Positions 23,793-33,220 of a DNA stretch of 64,000 nt are shown piece after piece. Both the position numbers and the translations under genes were made by a program. The stretch comes from a virus. Taxonomy: Duplodnaviria > Heunggongvirae > Uroviricota > Caudoviricetes. The stretch is taken from the IMG/VR virus record IMGVR_UViG_3300045988_024527, positions 1 to 64,000 of that record; one strand, written 5' to 3'. Below the pieces are notes generated by a model. That model did not search any database, was not told where the DNA came from, and was given only the letters and a program-made list of their open reading frames with translations. Each line of letters starts with the position of its first letter. Positions within the stretch are counted from its first letter, which is position 1.

Positions 23793-24959
23793 ATGGCAGT
23801 AGGTGAAATTCAAATTAGTGCCTTGCCTCAAGCAGCCTTACCAATTGACCTTAGTGATATCTTCCATCTTAAGCAGGGTATTGAGGATAAGAGATGCACT
23901 CTTGAGCAATTACTTGCTCCACACTCAAGCCTAAGAAATAACCCTCATGGTGTTACTAAAACACAAATTGGTTTAGATAATGTTATTAATGCTCTTCAGT
24001 TAGTTGCTGCAAATAACTTATCAGATATTGTTAATGTAGCTGAGGCAAGAGCAAATCTACAGATTATGTCTTCAGAAGAGGTTAATAACCTTGTTCAACA
24101 GCATATTAATGATAAGAGTAACCCACACAATACAACTAAGGCACAGGTTGGTTTAAGTAATGTTCAGAACTGGACAACATCTAACCTTTATAATGAGGAT
24201 GCAGATAAGTACGCTACAGCAAGAGCAGTAAATAACTTGTACAAGGCTGTTCAGGCTTCCTATCCAGTAGGTACTATCCATCTTTCCATGAACTCTGCAA
24301 ACCCTTCTACATATTTAATTTGTGGAGGTACTTGGGAGTTAGTTTCAAGAGGAAGAGCACTTGTAGGTTATGATAGTGATTCTAGGCCAGTTGGTAGTAA
24401 CTTTGGCTCAAGTAGTGTTAGCTTATCTAGTAACAACCTACCATCACATAGCCATTCAATCTACCTAACTGGTGGTGGACATACTCATGGTGCTGCTATT
24501 ACTATCGATGGCTTTGATTACGGCAATAAGAGCACAAACAGTTTCGATTATGGTACTAAAGCCACTAACACTACTGGTGCTCACACCCACTCAGTGAGCG
24601 GTTCAACAAATACCACAGGTAATCACACACATACTGTAGGTGGTCGTTACGGAGGTGACTCTATCGGTGGTAAACTACGTGTTCAGGTATCTGGTACAGA
24701 ACAGGTTTCCAGTGTAGCTGGTGACCACTCACACACTATTAGCGGTTCAACAAATACCACAGGCAATCACCAACACACTGTTGCAATTGGTGCTCACACG
24801 CATACTGTTGCAATTGGTGCTCATACCCATAAAGGCACAGTAACTTTGCAGTCATCTGAGCATACTCACTCAGGTACTACAGGTACTACAGGTGCTGGTC
24901 AAGCATTCAGCGTTGAACAACCATCCTTTGTGGTTTATGTATGGCAAAGAACCGCTTAA
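23793..24959 (+). CDS. tail fibre protein with C-terminal His-x-His repeat domain
   Basis: C-terminal about 180 aa contain repeated HxH motifs (SHSHS, GHTHG, AHTHS, NHTHT, DHSHT, AHTHT); C-terminal domain paralogous to that of 25011-27533. Confidence 0.65.
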   Translation: MAVGEIQISALPQAALPIDLSDIFHLKQGIEDKRCTLEQLLAPHSSLRNNPHGVTKTQIGLDNVINALQLVAANNLSDIVNVAEARANLQIMSSEEVNNLVQQHINDKSNPHNTTKAQVGLSNVQNWTTSNLYNEDADKYATARAVNNLYKAVQASYPVGTIHLSMNSANPSTYLICGGTWELVSRGRALVGYDSDSRPVGSNFGSSSVSLSSNNLPSHSHSIYLTGGGHTHGAAITIDGFDYGNKSTNSFDYGTKATNTTGAHTHSVSGSTNTTGNHTHTVGGRYGGDSIGGKLRVQVSGTEQVSSVAGDHSHTISGSTNTTGNHQHTVAIGAHTHTVAIGAHTHKGTVTLQSSEHTHSGTTGTTGAGQAFSVEQPSFVVYVWQRTA

Positions 24960-25010
24960 AAATTCTTTTACAGGGGGGCTGTACAGCCCTCTTTCTAGAG
25001 GACAAAAATA

Positions 25011-27533
25011 ATGGCAGATTACAAGTTGAGTGAATTAAACTCAATCGATACAATCCGTTCAGATGACCTTCTTCATGTCAGGGTTAAAAAGAGACCTGAA
25101 ATGCTGGGTGATGAAGACCGTCGAATGACCTATCAAGATTTCTTAGCATCTTTTAAGCTTGAAAGATTTGTTCAGATTGCTGGTAGTACTATGACTGGTG
25201 ACTTAGGGATTGTTAAGTTACTTTATGGTGGTAAGGCAGTCTTTGACCCTACAGGCTCTTCTGAGATTACTATGGGGGATGTTTTAAAGACTTTTAAAAT
25301 TAACGCAAACGGACTTAGATTAACTATTGCAGATGCTTCAAGGTCGGCAACTGTTTATCATACCCTGAATAAACCAAGTCCTAATGAGCTTGGGATGAGA
25401 ACTAATGAAGAGAATGATGCAAGATATGCAAGGCTTGCTGTTACAAACACATTCTCTGGGACTCAGAACATTCAAGGTGATGTTAACTTACTTCGCCTTA
25501 GAAACCAAAATGCAAATAATGCACAATATATTGAAGGTGTAGACCTAGATGGTTCAGCTAGATGGTTGGTTGGTATTAGTAAAAATGGCTCTGATGCAGT
25601 TCAGTTGTACAATAACAAATATGACTCAGCTTTGACTATTGCAAGTAATATCTCTGTTAATAAGTCTTTAGCAATCACTGGTCAAGTTCAGCCTTCTGAC
25701 TTCTCTAACTTAGATGCTAGATACTTTACTCAGACAGCATCTAATCAGAGATTTGCACAGTTAGCTGCTAATAATGCTTTTAGCGGTGAAAATACATTCG
25801 GTAAACCTATTTCCGTAAAAGCTAATGAAGCTGCTATCATGTTACAGAATAAAGATGTAGGCGAGGAGTTATTCATCCTAGCAAAAGATAGCGAGTACAA
25901 TAATTTATGGTTTATTGGTAAAGGTGATACAAGCTCTGATATCACATTTTACGATTACAAGGGTAATACCTCTATTACCTTAAACTCGTCTGGCGTAGCA
26001 TTAAATAAGAATGTAAGAATCGCTGGTCAAGTACAACCTTCTGACTGGACTAACATTGACTCTAGATACATTCCGGCAGGGACTTTGAGTAATCTTGCTA
26101 AGATTGACACCAAAAATACCTTCACACAAGGTCAGGTTATTATGGTTGATGGTGAAGGTCTTAAATTACAAGGGGTGACTGATAGTGGTGGACTATTCTT
26201 ACAAGGTTATGACTCATTAAATAACAAAAAATGGTTTATGGGACATAACGGATTTGGAAACTTCACTATCCGTGAAATGGCATTAGGAACCGAACTCTCC
26301 CTAAGAGCAAATAATATTCAGTTTAACAAAAGCATCACAATTACTGGTCAAGTTCAACCTTCTGATTGGACTAACATTGATGGGAGATACTATAACAAAT
26401 CATCTGCTGATAATAGATACCTTAGAGTAAGAAGTACTGGATTCAATACTGGTGGTGCTGGTAAATGGGCTAAGATTGCTACTGTCAGTATGCCACAGGG
26501 TACATCAACAGCAGTGATTGAACTGTTTGGAGGGTCTGGATTTAACTTTGGTGTAATTAACCAAGCCTGTAAAACAGAAATTGTTCTTAGGACAGGAAAT
26601 GGTAACCCAAAAGGTTTAAATGTTGTTGCATGGAAAAACTCACCGAATGGTGTTGTAGACCAAATTGGGTATGTTAACACCTCTGGTGATAACTATGACA
26701 TTTATTGCGTAGTTGGTAGCTATCAAAACGCTACGACAGCTAGGGTTCAGTCATCATCTAATGCAGCAGTAGAACTGTTTGAGACTCCAGAGACCTCTGA
26801 CAACGCTCCATCTGGCTATGTTGATGGGACAATTGCTCACTATTATACGAGTATTTTGAAGCCAACCCCTTCAGATATTGGTGCATACACTAAAGCTGAA
26901 ACTGACCAGAAGATTGCACAGGCAATTAGTGACTCTACAGACCTTAATAAAATCTATCCAGTAGGTATTGTAACGTGGTTTAACAGTAATGTTGACCCTA
27001 ATACTGCACTCCCTGGTCTAACTTGGACGTACCTGAACAATGGTGTTGGCAGGACTATCAGAATCGCAGCAGCAAACGGTTCAGATGTTGCTACAACTGG
27101 CGGTTCAGATTCTGTAACGCTATCTGTTGGTAACTTACCTTCACATACCCACAGTTTCTCAGCTACAACGTCAAGCTTTGACTATGGTACGAAGACATCT
27201 AACAGCACTGGTGCTCATACCCACGCAGTGAGTGGCTCTACTAACCACACTGGTGCTCACCAGCATAGTGTAGGTGGTCGTTACGGTGGTGACTCTATCG
27301 GTGGTAGACAGCGTGTTCAGGTAGAAGGGACAAACCAGATTTCAAGTGTTGCTGGTGACCACTCCCACACACTATCAGGTACTGCTGCATCTGCTGGTGC
27401 TCATGCTCACACAGTAGGTATTGGTGCTCATACCCACACAGTATCTGGTAACACTGGTGGTACAGGTTCTGGTTCAGCATTTAGTGTTACTAACCAGTTC
27501 TACAAGTTAATGGCTTGGGTAAGAACTGCTTAA
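25011..27533 (+). CDS. long tail fibre protein (internal tandem repeats, C-terminal His-x-His domain)
   Basis: 840 aa; three repeats of I(T/A)GQVQPSD(F/W)(S/T)N(L/I)D.RY starting near 25675, 26021, 26341; C-terminus GNLPSHTHS...AHTHAVSGSTNHTGAHQHSVGGRYGGDSIGG... Confidence 0.7.
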   Translation: MADYKLSELNSIDTIRSDDLLHVRVKKRPEMLGDEDRRMTYQDFLASFKLERFVQIAGSTMTGDLGIVKLLYGGKAVFDPTGSSEITMGDVLKTFKINANGLRLTIADASRSATVYHTLNKPSPNELGMRTNEENDARYARLAVTNTFSGTQNIQGDVNLLRLRNQNANNAQYIEGVDLDGSARWLVGISKNGSDAVQLYNNKYDSALTIASNISVNKSLAITGQVQPSDFSNLDARYFTQTASNQRFAQLAANNAFSGENTFGKPISVKANEAAIMLQNKDVGEELFILAKDSEYNNLWFIGKGDTSSDITFYDYKGNTSITLNSSGVALNKNVRIAGQVQPSDWTNIDSRYIPAGTLSNLAKIDTKNTFTQGQVIMVDGEGLKLQGVTDSGGLFLQGYDSLNNKKWFMGHNGFGNFTIREMALGTELSLRANNIQFNKSITITGQVQPSDWTNIDGRYYNKSSADNRYLRVRSTGFNTGGAGKWAKIATVSMPQGTSTAVIELFGGSGFNFGVINQACKTEIVLRTGNGNPKGLNVVAWKNSPNGVVDQIGYVNTSGDNYDIYCVVGSYQNATTARVQSSSNAAVELFETPETSDNAPSGYVDGTIAHYYTSILKPTPSDIGAYTKAETDQKIAQAISDSTDLNKIYPVGIVTWFNSNVDPNTALPGLTWTYLNNGVGRTIRIAAANGSDVATTGGSDSVTLSVGNLPSHTHSFSATTSSFDYGTKTSNSTGAHTHAVSGSTNHTGAHQHSVGGRYGGDSIGGRQRVQVEGTNQISSVAGDHSHTLSGTAASAGAHAHTVGIGAHTHTVSGNTGGTGSGSAFSVTNQFYKLMAWVRTA

Positions 27534-27540
27534 TCCCTTG

Positions 27541-27595
27541 TTGACTGATTGTTAAGATGGTGTTAATATTCTTTATGGGTATTCTCACCATCTTG
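27541..27595 (+). promoter_or_regulatory. sigma70-like promoter with embedded inverted repeat
   Basis: TTGACT 27541-27546, 17 bp spacer, TAATAT 27564-27569; 9 bp inverted repeat aagatggtg (27555-27563) / caccatctt (27587-27595) brackets the -10 and start region. Confidence 0.45.
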
Positions 27596-27612
27596 GCTGA
27601 TGAGGTGATTAA

Positions 27613-27810
27613 ATGCCTACAATCCTAGCAATTCTTCTAAAAAATCTAGGTAGCTTCTTCTGGAAACTCGTTTTATCCCTTCTAAGTGAATACATGATTG
27701 AGAAAGTGTTCTTTAGGCTTGCAAGATATCTTGCGAGTAAGACAGACACACCTATTGATGATGAGTTCGTAGATAACTTAGAAAAAGCTTTTAAGGGGGA
27801 GAATAAATGA
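27613..27810 (+). CDS. small membrane protein (possible holin-like)
   Basis: 65 aa, hydrophobic N-terminus ILAILLKNLGSFFWKLVLSLL, charged C-terminus; downstream of tail fibres. Confidence 0.3.
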   Translation: MPTILAILLKNLGSFFWKLVLSLLSEYMIEKVFFRLARYLASKTDTPIDDEFVDNLEKAFKGENK

Positions 27811-28178
27811 AGTGGCTAGAGGAAGCTTTTAAAAATAATATTGGTGCAATTGTAGTTGGTATTTTTAGTGTTATTGGTATGTATACCACCATGCAAGTCT
27901 CGGATGGTAAGCAAGAAGTGTCTATCACAACAAAGTTACAGCAGTTAGATAATTATTCCAAAAGTAATTATTCAGCTATTCGTGATTTACAGTCTGATAT
28001 GAGGCTGCTTCAGCTAGGGATGGAGAACCAGAAAGTTCAGTTAGAGAATGTTAAGGGTGAGAACGCAAAACTTACCAAAACTCTTGATAAATTCTCTGAC
28101 AGCGTGAACAATTTGGCTCAATCAGTATCAGCCTTGCAAGCTATTACTGAAAAGAACACAAAGAATACTGAAAAGTAA
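27807..28178 (+). CDS. membrane-anchored coiled-coil protein
   Basis: 123 aa; TM segment IGAIVVGIFSVIGMYTT followed by coiled coil; ATGA-coupled to upstream ORF. Confidence 0.3.
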   Translation: MKWLEEAFKNNIGAIVVGIFSVIGMYTTMQVSDGKQEVSITTKLQQLDNYSKSNYSAIRDLQSDMRLLQLGMENQKVQLENVKGENAKLTKTLDKFSDSVNNLAQSVSALQAITEKNTKNTEK

Positions 28179-28184
28179 GATTTA

Positions 28185-28206
28185 AGGCTCCTTTTTACGG
28201 GAGCCT
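28185..28206. terminator. bidirectional terminator between convergent gene blocks
   Basis: Stem aggctcc/ggagcct with T-run after on + strand and A-rich loop for - strand. Confidence 0.6.
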
Positions 28207-28213
28207 TTTTGTT

Positions 28214-29113
28214 TTATTTACCTACTGACAGAGGTGCTTCAATCTTTCCTGCATGTTGGTAGTTATTAATTCCACCAATAAAGTCACTTGCAGTGAGATG
28301 TTTTAAGTCACTTAAAGTGTTAAGTGGGATACCAATCTCAAAAGTAGGTGCATGGAACTCTTCATTGTTCATCAGTTCATAAACCTGCTTCATGTGGTTC
28401 TGATAAATCTGAGTATCTCCAAAGACACCTATCAAGTATCGTGGAGTGTATCCAGTCATCTTACAAAGAACTTCCAGAATAAAACCATAAGATGCAATGT
28501 TAAACGGAAGTCCTAAAAAGGTGTCTACAGAACGCTGATACCATTGCAAATCTACTTCACCTTCGTTGGTGATATAAATCTGAAACAGAACATGACAAGG
28601 TGCTAAAGCCATCGAGTTTGCTGCAATATCTGCTGCATTCCAAGCATTAACAAGCATGTAACGGTCTGTAATATCACCCTTCATCTTCGTTACTAAGGTC
28701 TCTAGCTGGTCTACAACACAACCATTATGACCTTCAAAGTTTCTCCACTGAACCCCGTAGATTCTCCCACCTGCATCCTCTAACCAGTCTTGCTCAGAAG
28801 AATAGTTAGAGCTTAACCAGCGTTTAAAGTCATCTGACCAGATAGTCCAGCGTTCTCCATCATTTTCACCCCAAGTACGGTAACGGAGTTCGCCAAGTTT
28901 ATTCTCACCATTCAGGAACCATAAAGCTTCCCCAATAACTTGCCGTGTAAACACCTGTTTAGATGTTAAGAGCGGGAAACCAGTTCGCATATCAAAACGA
29001 AACTTAGGTGGAGCAAATGTAGAGATAACATCTCCAGTTCGTGTAGTACGCAGTTCACCGACTGATAAAACATAGTTCAGGATATTTTTATAACTTGAAT
29101 CTGCTTGTGACAT
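28214..29113 (-). CDS. thyA: thymidylate synthase
   Basis: LAPCHVLFQIYITNEGEVDLQWYQRSVDTFLGLPFNIASYGFIL matches ThyA active-site region. Confidence 0.85.
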   Translation of the reverse strand: MSQADSSYKNILNYVLSVGELRTTRTGDVISTFAPPKFRFDMRTGFPLLTSKQVFTRQVIGEALWFLNGENKLGELRYRTWGENDGERWTIWSDDFKRWLSSNYSSEQDWLEDAGGRIYGVQWRNFEGHNGCVVDQLETLVTKMKGDITDRYMLVNAWNAADIAANSMALAPCHVLFQIYITNEGEVDLQWYQRSVDTFLGLPFNIASYGFILEVLCKMTGYTPRYLIGVFGDTQIYQNHMKQVYELMNNEEFHAPTFEIGIPLNTLSDLKHLTASDFIGGINNYQHAGKIEAPLSVGK

Positions 29114-29114
29114 A

Positions 29115-29660
29115 TCAAAAGTGTCCTTTTACTTGTGGAACATAAATCTCAAAGGTTGCTTTACCATCATCTGAGGGTCTTGACTGCACCTTTGCAAATA
29201 CACGGCTATCATACAGTTTATCGAAGAAGTTTTCAAAAGGTAAATACACAGTGGCCTCTTCAGTAACCTTATGGAAAACTGTATGGAAAACTACACCAGC
29301 ATACGGCAAAGCATCGACAAGAACACCTGCACCACCAATTACAAAGACATCTTCATCAATAGAGCTATCAAGATACTTCAAAAATGCTCCAAATGACTCT
29401 TTACTGGCTTTAGCATACATTACATCATCTTTGCCAAAGTCTATGCCTAAGTATGGTACAGAGTTTGTTAAGACGAGGTTTGTACGTTCTGGTAAAGGTT
29501 TACTACCCAGAGTCTTAAAAGTTTCATTACCCATCACTACTAAGTTGCCTTTAGTAAGTCTCTTAAACTCTTGCATATCCTGTTTATGTCGAGGCCACGG
29601 CATACCAGTCGGTGTACCAAATTCACCGTTTTCACCACTTGCAAATATTAGTTTAATCAT
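29115..29660 (-). CDS. dihydrofolate reductase
   Basis: MIKLIFASGENGEFGTPTGMPWPRHKQDMQEFKRLTKGNLVVMGNETF is a typical DHFR N-terminus; adjacent to thyA. Confidence 0.8.
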   Translation of the reverse strand: MIKLIFASGENGEFGTPTGMPWPRHKQDMQEFKRLTKGNLVVMGNETFKTLGSKPLPERTNLVLTNSVPYLGIDFGKDDVMYAKASKESFGAFLKYLDSSIDEDVFVIGGAGVLVDALPYAGVVFHTVFHKVTEEATVYLPFENFFDKLYDSRVFAKVQSRPSDDGKATFEIYVPQVKGHF

Positions 29661-29917
29661 TTTGTAAACCCTTTCTTAATGAACCAGTTAATGACACTCT
29701 TCACAACTTTACTACGATGGTAGATAAAATGTGGAGATGGTTGGTATGAACCATAAGCCCAGAAAGCAATGATTTCATTACACCCTGTGCATCGGGTACT
29801 TTCTTCAGCAATATGACCGTTGACTATTTCACTTACCTCACCTTGTAAGTCTGTACACCCACAATGTGGACAACGGATAGGTGTTCCATCAGACTCATAG
29901 CAGTGTTCAATTTTCAT
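29657..29917 (-). CDS. hypothetical zinc-ribbon protein
   Basis: CPHCGC ... CTGC cysteine pairs. Confidence 0.4.
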   Translation of the reverse strand: MKIEHCYESDGTPIRCPHCGCTDLQGEVSEIVNGHIAEESTRCTGCNEIIAFWAYGSYQPSPHFIYHRSKVVKSVINWFIKKGFTK

Positions 29918-30433
29918 CTATTTAACCTCAAAAACTGGCTCAAGAACCAATATAAAGTCTACACAGTCATCTTCTTCATCCAGAATACCATCAAAGTTCT
30001 TAGGAACGAAGTCGAAGAGGCTCATAACAAAACAGTCAGAAGTGACCCTGATAGTTCCTCCCATATTCTCTACAGTCAACACTGTACGACTTTCTTTCAC
30101 CTCCCTCAGAAGATTACCCACAAAGTCATCTAAGAAGTACTTCATCAATGACTTAAAACCTTTAGGGTAATCTGTACCAGAGTATGTTTCAATCTGAGGT
30201 ACAAGCTTAACATTTATACTAGTCTTTGTTAAGAACGTTTTAGAGAACATACTATCAGGTAGCTTACAAACAGTCTTTCCAGTACCTTCATGTTCAATCT
30301 CAACAAAACCAGCTTCGTCGCCACATGTAACTATTTTAAAAGATGCTTCATTCTCATACTGTGAAGTCATAAACTTTTTAAGCATCTCTTTAAGGAAATC
30401 TGCATGAGCATCTTGTAAGTAGATATCAATCAT
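29918..30433 (-). CDS. hypothetical protein (171 aa)
   Basis: ORF track. Confidence 0.4.
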   Translation of the reverse strand: MIDIYLQDAHADFLKEMLKKFMTSQYENEASFKIVTCGDEAGFVEIEHEGTGKTVCKLPDSMFSKTFLTKTSINVKLVPQIETYSGTDYPKGFKSLMKYFLDDFVGNLLREVKESRTVLTVENMGGTIRVTSDCFVMSLFDFVPKNFDGILDEEDDCVDFILVLEPVFEVK

Positions 30434-30446
30434 AGTTAATCACCTA

Positions 30447-30806
30447 TTATGGGAACAAGCACTTAATGTCATCGTTTTTGAAAACAAAACTTGTGTAGTT
30501 GTGACCATCAACATCCAACCAAACAGCCTGAACATCCACACCATCAAGATTCTGGTAAAGCTCTTTGATGAAGTGGTCTTTCACACTCTGACTACTGGTT
30601 GTTTCCAGTTTAATGTTCGAGATTGCTGAACCTACAGCCATGTAGCCCATGACACGTTTCTTCTCAGTATGCTTAATCTTACCATCTTTGTAAGCCATAA
30701 TGAGATTGGAAAGAATCTTTACACCATAATACTTTTCAAGGTGAGTAGGTACACCATAAAAACCTAATGCGAAGTTTTCAGAGTGGATAATGTTTTCACG
30801 TTTCAT
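30447..30806 (-). CDS. hypothetical protein (119 aa)
   Basis: ORF track. Confidence 0.4.
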   Translation of the reverse strand: MKRENIIHSENFALGFYGVPTHLEKYYGVKILSNLIMAYKDGKIKHTEKKRVMGYMAVGSAISNIKLETTSSQSVKDHFIKELYQNLDGVDVQAVWLDVDGHNYTSFVFKNDDIKCLFP

Positions 30807-30807
30807 A

Positions 30808-31137
30808 TTAATCTGCCAACCTTAAATTAAAATTAACACCAAATTTTTCACATACTTCCAACATATACTCAAGGGAAACATTCCCAGTGAGGTGGATTAT
30901 GTTGGATACACGAGCCTGAGAGATACCACAAATTTTAGCAACTTGCTCTTGAGAAAGACCTCTGGATTTAATCTCTCTCTTAAAACGATGTGCAACGAAG
31001 TCTCTCATTTCGTCTACATCCATTGGACAAATATAACTCTCCATTTCAGCCTCTCTGTCAGCCTCCCAATCATCTTGTGGGGCATAAGGGTCAAAAACCT
31101 CATTCATCTTTCTTCTTCCGTTTGCGTGAAGTGTCAA
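30808..31137 (-). CDS. XRE-family helix-turn-helix protein
   Basis: C-terminal GLSQEQVAKICGISQARVSNIIHLTGNVSLEYMLEVCEKFG is a Cro/C1-type HTH; acidic N-terminal extension. Confidence 0.6.
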   Translation of the reverse strand: MTLHANGRRKMNEVFDPYAPQDDWEADREAEMESYICPMDVDEMRDFVAHRFKREIKSRGLSQEQVAKICGISQARVSNIIHLTGNVSLEYMLEVCEKFGVNFNLRLAD

Positions 31138-31312
31138 TCAATGAATCTATGTTTGTAGCCCTAACCTTTTCACGTTCATCATTAAGATAATCATCAAGAG
31201 CCTTTTCAATCTGTGAATCATCTTGACAGATGACTGTAAAGACTGTAAAGCCGTCTGTATCATCAATTATCTTACCATAACCGCTTCTGGGATGTAACTT
31301 TTTAAGAGCCAT
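31100..31312 (-). CDS. hypothetical small basic protein overlapping the HTH gene
   Basis: 70 aa ORF whose 3' end overlaps the start of the HTH gene. Confidence 0.35.
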   Translation of the reverse strand: MALKKLHPRSGYGKIIDDTDGFTVFTVICQDDSQIEKALDDYLNDEREKVRATNIDSLIDTSRKRKKKDE

Positions 31313-31313
31313 A

Positions 31314-31697
31314 TCAAATACCTGTGCAGCTTCTGTTTTCTAAGAAATACTCAACACCATACATAGCTTTTTGCATCAAATCTTCTTTAAACTGGATACG
31401 GTGGTTGAGCATCGCCTGTACATCAATATCGTCATGGTGTTTCTCTTTAATGTTTGCAGATTGCAGGAAATACTCTGCAAGAACACGATACTGATAGTCA
31501 GTTACCTTATCAGTCATCTCTGTCAAAGATTCTTCAGAGATTGGTTTAAGTAACTCGCCTTTAGATAGCGCAACACCTTTTACAATCTGGCAAGTATCTT
31601 CTGGAACACCTGATAAGTCCACATTTGGGAGTTCTGTTGCATTGACTGGTAAATTCATTGCCATAACCATTGCAGCAGCTAATAAAATCTTTTTCAT
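31314..31697 (-). CDS. secreted/periplasmic protein with signal peptide
   Basis: N-terminus MKKILLAAAMVMAMNLPVNA is a typical Sec signal peptide; mature part unrecognised. Confidence 0.5.
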   Translation of the reverse strand: MKKILLAAAMVMAMNLPVNATELPNVDLSGVPEDTCQIVKGVALSKGELLKPISEESLTEMTDKVTDYQYRVLAEYFLQSANIKEKHHDDIDVQAMLNHRIQFKEDLMQKAMYGVEYFLENRSCTGI

Positions 31698-31744
31698 AAT
31701 GACCTCAAAGTTATATTAAATCTTGTATTACGTTGAGTATAAAA

Positions 31745-31787
31745 ATAAGCTATAACACCTGACTTGTCAACAGATTTTATAGCTTAT
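31745..31787 (-). promoter_or_regulatory. candidate promoter inside 11 bp perfect inverted repeat
   Basis: ataagctataa (31745-31755) and ttatagcttat (31777-31787) flank a 21 bp spacer carrying TTGACA on the - strand; weak TATTTT 17 bp downstream; upstream of gene 31314-31697. Confidence 0.4.
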
Positions 31788-31794
31788 TTGGCAG

Positions 31795-32057
31795 ATTTTT
31801 TATAAGGCTACTGCCATCCTTCCATACCAAGCCCTGCCGAACCGAACCATGCTTTGCCATACCGGACAATACCTGACTAGACATCACTTAAAAATCCTCT
31901 TAGAAGACTCTTAAGTGATGTAATCGAATTTTTATGTAGTTTCGATTAACTACCCATACCAAGCCTAACCTGACCGCACCAAACTTTACAACACCACACC
32001 ATACCTGACCATAACAAACCTCATTAAAAGACCCTGTTTAAAGACCTTTTAAAAAGG
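31795..32057 (-). repeat. modular intergenic repeat block A (CA-rich segments plus hairpins H1, H3, H2)
   Basis: Shares H1 (31882-31920), H3 (31922-31953) and H2 (32021-32057) with block B at 33221-33460, modules in different order. Confidence 0.6.
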
Positions 32058-32073
32058 AGCCTCCGAAGAGGCT
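32046..32073 (-). terminator. rho-independent terminator (- strand)
   Basis: Stem agcctc/gaggct with loop cgaa; on the - strand followed by ccttttt. Confidence 0.5.
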
Positions 32074-32084
32074 ACCTAGTCAAC

Positions 32085-32525
32085 TTAGAAAGGTTTTCTA
32101 CGTTGCTTGTTAATGTTAGCTTTCATAGCAGCTAAATGGTTTTGCTGTTCAATCAGTCGTGAACGTTCTTGATGACTAAGTGCCATAGTGTTCACATTCT
32201 CAATTGCTTGAGTGGCTTGTTTTAAAGCACGACCAATCTTACCAGACATTTTACGTTTTGCAATAGTTGCTTGATGTTTAGGTTCAACCACACGATAACC
32301 AACACCCATTGAAGCAACCAGATAAATCTTCTCTTCTTTAAGAAGTTTCTCAATAAACTTCTCAAGTCGGTTTAGACGTGTAAGTGCATAAGCCTTCATT
32401 TCATCTTCGTACTTAACAATGTCACCTTGATAAGTTGGCTTCACAATACCTAAGAAGGTGTCCATCTCAGAATGTGATACAGTGTCACCGTAACTAAACT
32501 TTGCTGCTAATGCTTTTGTATTCAT
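32085..32525 (-). CDS. hypothetical protein (146 aa), repeat-flanked cassette gene 2
   Basis: ORF track; basic C-terminus; no recognised motif. Confidence 0.5.
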   Translation of the reverse strand: MNTKALAAKFSYGDTVSHSEMDTFLGIVKPTYQGDIVKYEDEMKAYALTRLNRLEKFIEKLLKEEKIYLVASMGVGYRVVEPKHQATIAKRKMSGKIGRALKQATQAIENVNTMALSHQERSRLIEQQNHLAAMKANINKQRRKPF

Positions 32526-32527
32526 AA

Positions 32528-33133
<606 letters not shown>

Positions 33134-33220
33134 TTAGTTGATTGTTAAGTTGTTTGTAAAGAACCCTCAACAGAAGACTCTTTAGAAACTTGGTAGATTT
33201 TTAATGTGGCTACTACCATC

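Noticed and set aside
24420-27533. Diversity-generating retroelement (template/variable repeat) at the tail-fibre C-termini
   Set aside because: Differences between the two copies are not restricted to adenine positions, both copies are in-frame coding domains, and no reverse transcriptase is present.
27613-28178. Calling these two ORFs holin and spanin
   Set aside because: Only hydrophobic and coiled-coil features support it; no adjacent endolysin was seen, so they are left as membrane proteins of unknown role.
30808-31137. Lysogeny module (CI-like repressor implying a temperate phage)
   Set aside because: No integrase, excisionase or attachment-site repeats in 64 kb; the HTH protein sits among early genes of a lytic-type genome and is more likely an early regulator.
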